This document shows positions 63,468-64,000 of a stretch of 64,000 bases of DNA, one piece after another. Both the position numbers and the translations under genes were made by a program. The notes below the pieces were generated by a model, which searched no databases, was not told the origin of the DNA, and was given only the letters and a program-made list of their open reading frames with translations. Within the stretch, counting starts at the first letter, position 1. Each line of letters starts with the position of its first letter. Origin of the DNA: Eledone cirrhosa (taxonomy: Eukaryota); contig OZ024744.1 in the NCBI GenBank assembly GCA_964016885.1, positions 131,564,001-131,628,000 of the forward strand, written 5' to 3'.

Positions 63468-63893
63468 AACCCCAACTTCACTCAACCCCACCTTAACTCA
63501 ACCCCAACTTAACTTAACCCCAACTTCACTGAACCCCAACTTAACTTAACCCCAACTTCACTCAACCCCAACTTAACTCAACCCCAACTTAACTTAACCC
63601 CAACTTAACTTAACCCAAACTTAACTTAACCCCGACTTAACTTAACTTCGACTTAACTTAATCCCAACTTAACTTAACCCAAACTTAACTTAACCCCAAC
63701 TTAACTTAACCACAAATTAACTTAACCCCAACTTAAATTAACCCCAACTTAAATTAACCCCAACTTAACTTAACCCCAACTTAACTTAACCCCAACTTAA
63801 CTCACACCCAACTTAACTTACCCCCAACTTAACTTAACCCCAACTTAGACTTAACCCAAACTTTACTTAACCCCAACTTAACTTAACCCCAAA
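63468..63893 (-). repeat. Inverted satellite island 17 (426 bp, type A)
   Basis: Shares AATCCC, TTAGACTT and CCAAACTTTAC with island 1. Confidence 0.97.
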
Positions 63894-64000
63894 TTCGGGG
63901 TTAAGTTAAGTTGGGGTTAAGTTAAGTTAGGCTTAACTTAAGTTGGGGTTAAGTTAAGTTGGGGGTAAGTTAAGTTCTGGGTAAGTTAAGTTGGGGTTAA

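Larger units (their letters stand above)
1..64000 (+). repeat. 16-bp tandem satellite, consensus (GGGGTTAAGTTAAGTT)n, G-rich on + strand except in 17 inverted islands; telomere-like/heterochromatic satellite array extending past both window edges
   Basis: The monomer is readable continuously from base 1 to 64000. Recurrent single-base variants (GGTG, GCGG, AGGG, GGAG, TTGAG, TTCAG, CTAAG, TTAAT, TCGGGG) and 11-bp deletion units (GGGGTTAAGTT) occur throughout. No unique sequence was seen. Confidence 0.99.

Noticed and set aside
2133-63893. Recombinase-driven invertible switch (phase variation/shufflon)
   Set aside because: No recombinase is present, and I saw no copy of the island's private variant string in forward orientation, so there is no evidence of flipping.
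1-64000. Protein-coding ORFs on either strand
   Set aside because: Each 16-bp monomer has two TTAA motifs (TAA on both strands), and the period is not a multiple of 3, so all six frames hit stops within a few monomers.
1-64000. CRISPR array (regularly spaced repeats)
   Set aside because: There are no unique spacers, no leader and no cas genes; the sequence between G-runs is itself the repeat.
1-64000. Freshly telomerase-synthesised terminal tract
   Set aside because: Variants are inherited in kb-scale duplicated patterns and polarity flips 17 times, which indicates recombinational amplification rather than template-directed addition. A telomere-derived origin remains open.

Overview
The whole 64 kb window is one non-coding tandem satellite built on a 16-bp monomer, GGGGTTAAGTTAAGTT (= TTAAG-TTAAG-TTGGGG; roughly 4,000 copies by length/16). 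It is G/T-rich with no C in the + strand consensus. I found no genes, RNA genes, CRISPR spacers, transposon bodies or unique DNA. The array does have layered structure. (1) Seventeen copies of one ~425-bp strand-inverted island (C-rich on +) share the same two junctions: a spacer-less palindrome ...GGGGTT|AACCCC... on the left and ...CCCCAAATTCGGGG... on the right. They recur mostly every ~3-4.5 kb, which points to a single ancestral inversion amplified inside higher-order repeats. (2) The islands fall into two haplotypes, with type B in the centre (14.6-43.7 kb) and type A on the flanks. (3) Several near-identical tandem duplications occur (periods 1262, 2204, 3873 and 6507/6508 bp), plus a candidate ~61.3-kb super-period linking the window's two ends. 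(4) Several independent mutations sit at the palindromic junction centre. The motif is telomere-like (contains TTGGGG; its 11-bp deletion variant TTAAGTTGGGG is one base from the TTAGGTTGGGG motif reported for bumblebees). Organism and chromosomal location cannot be determined from this window. All coordinates were counted by eye and may be off by a few bases.
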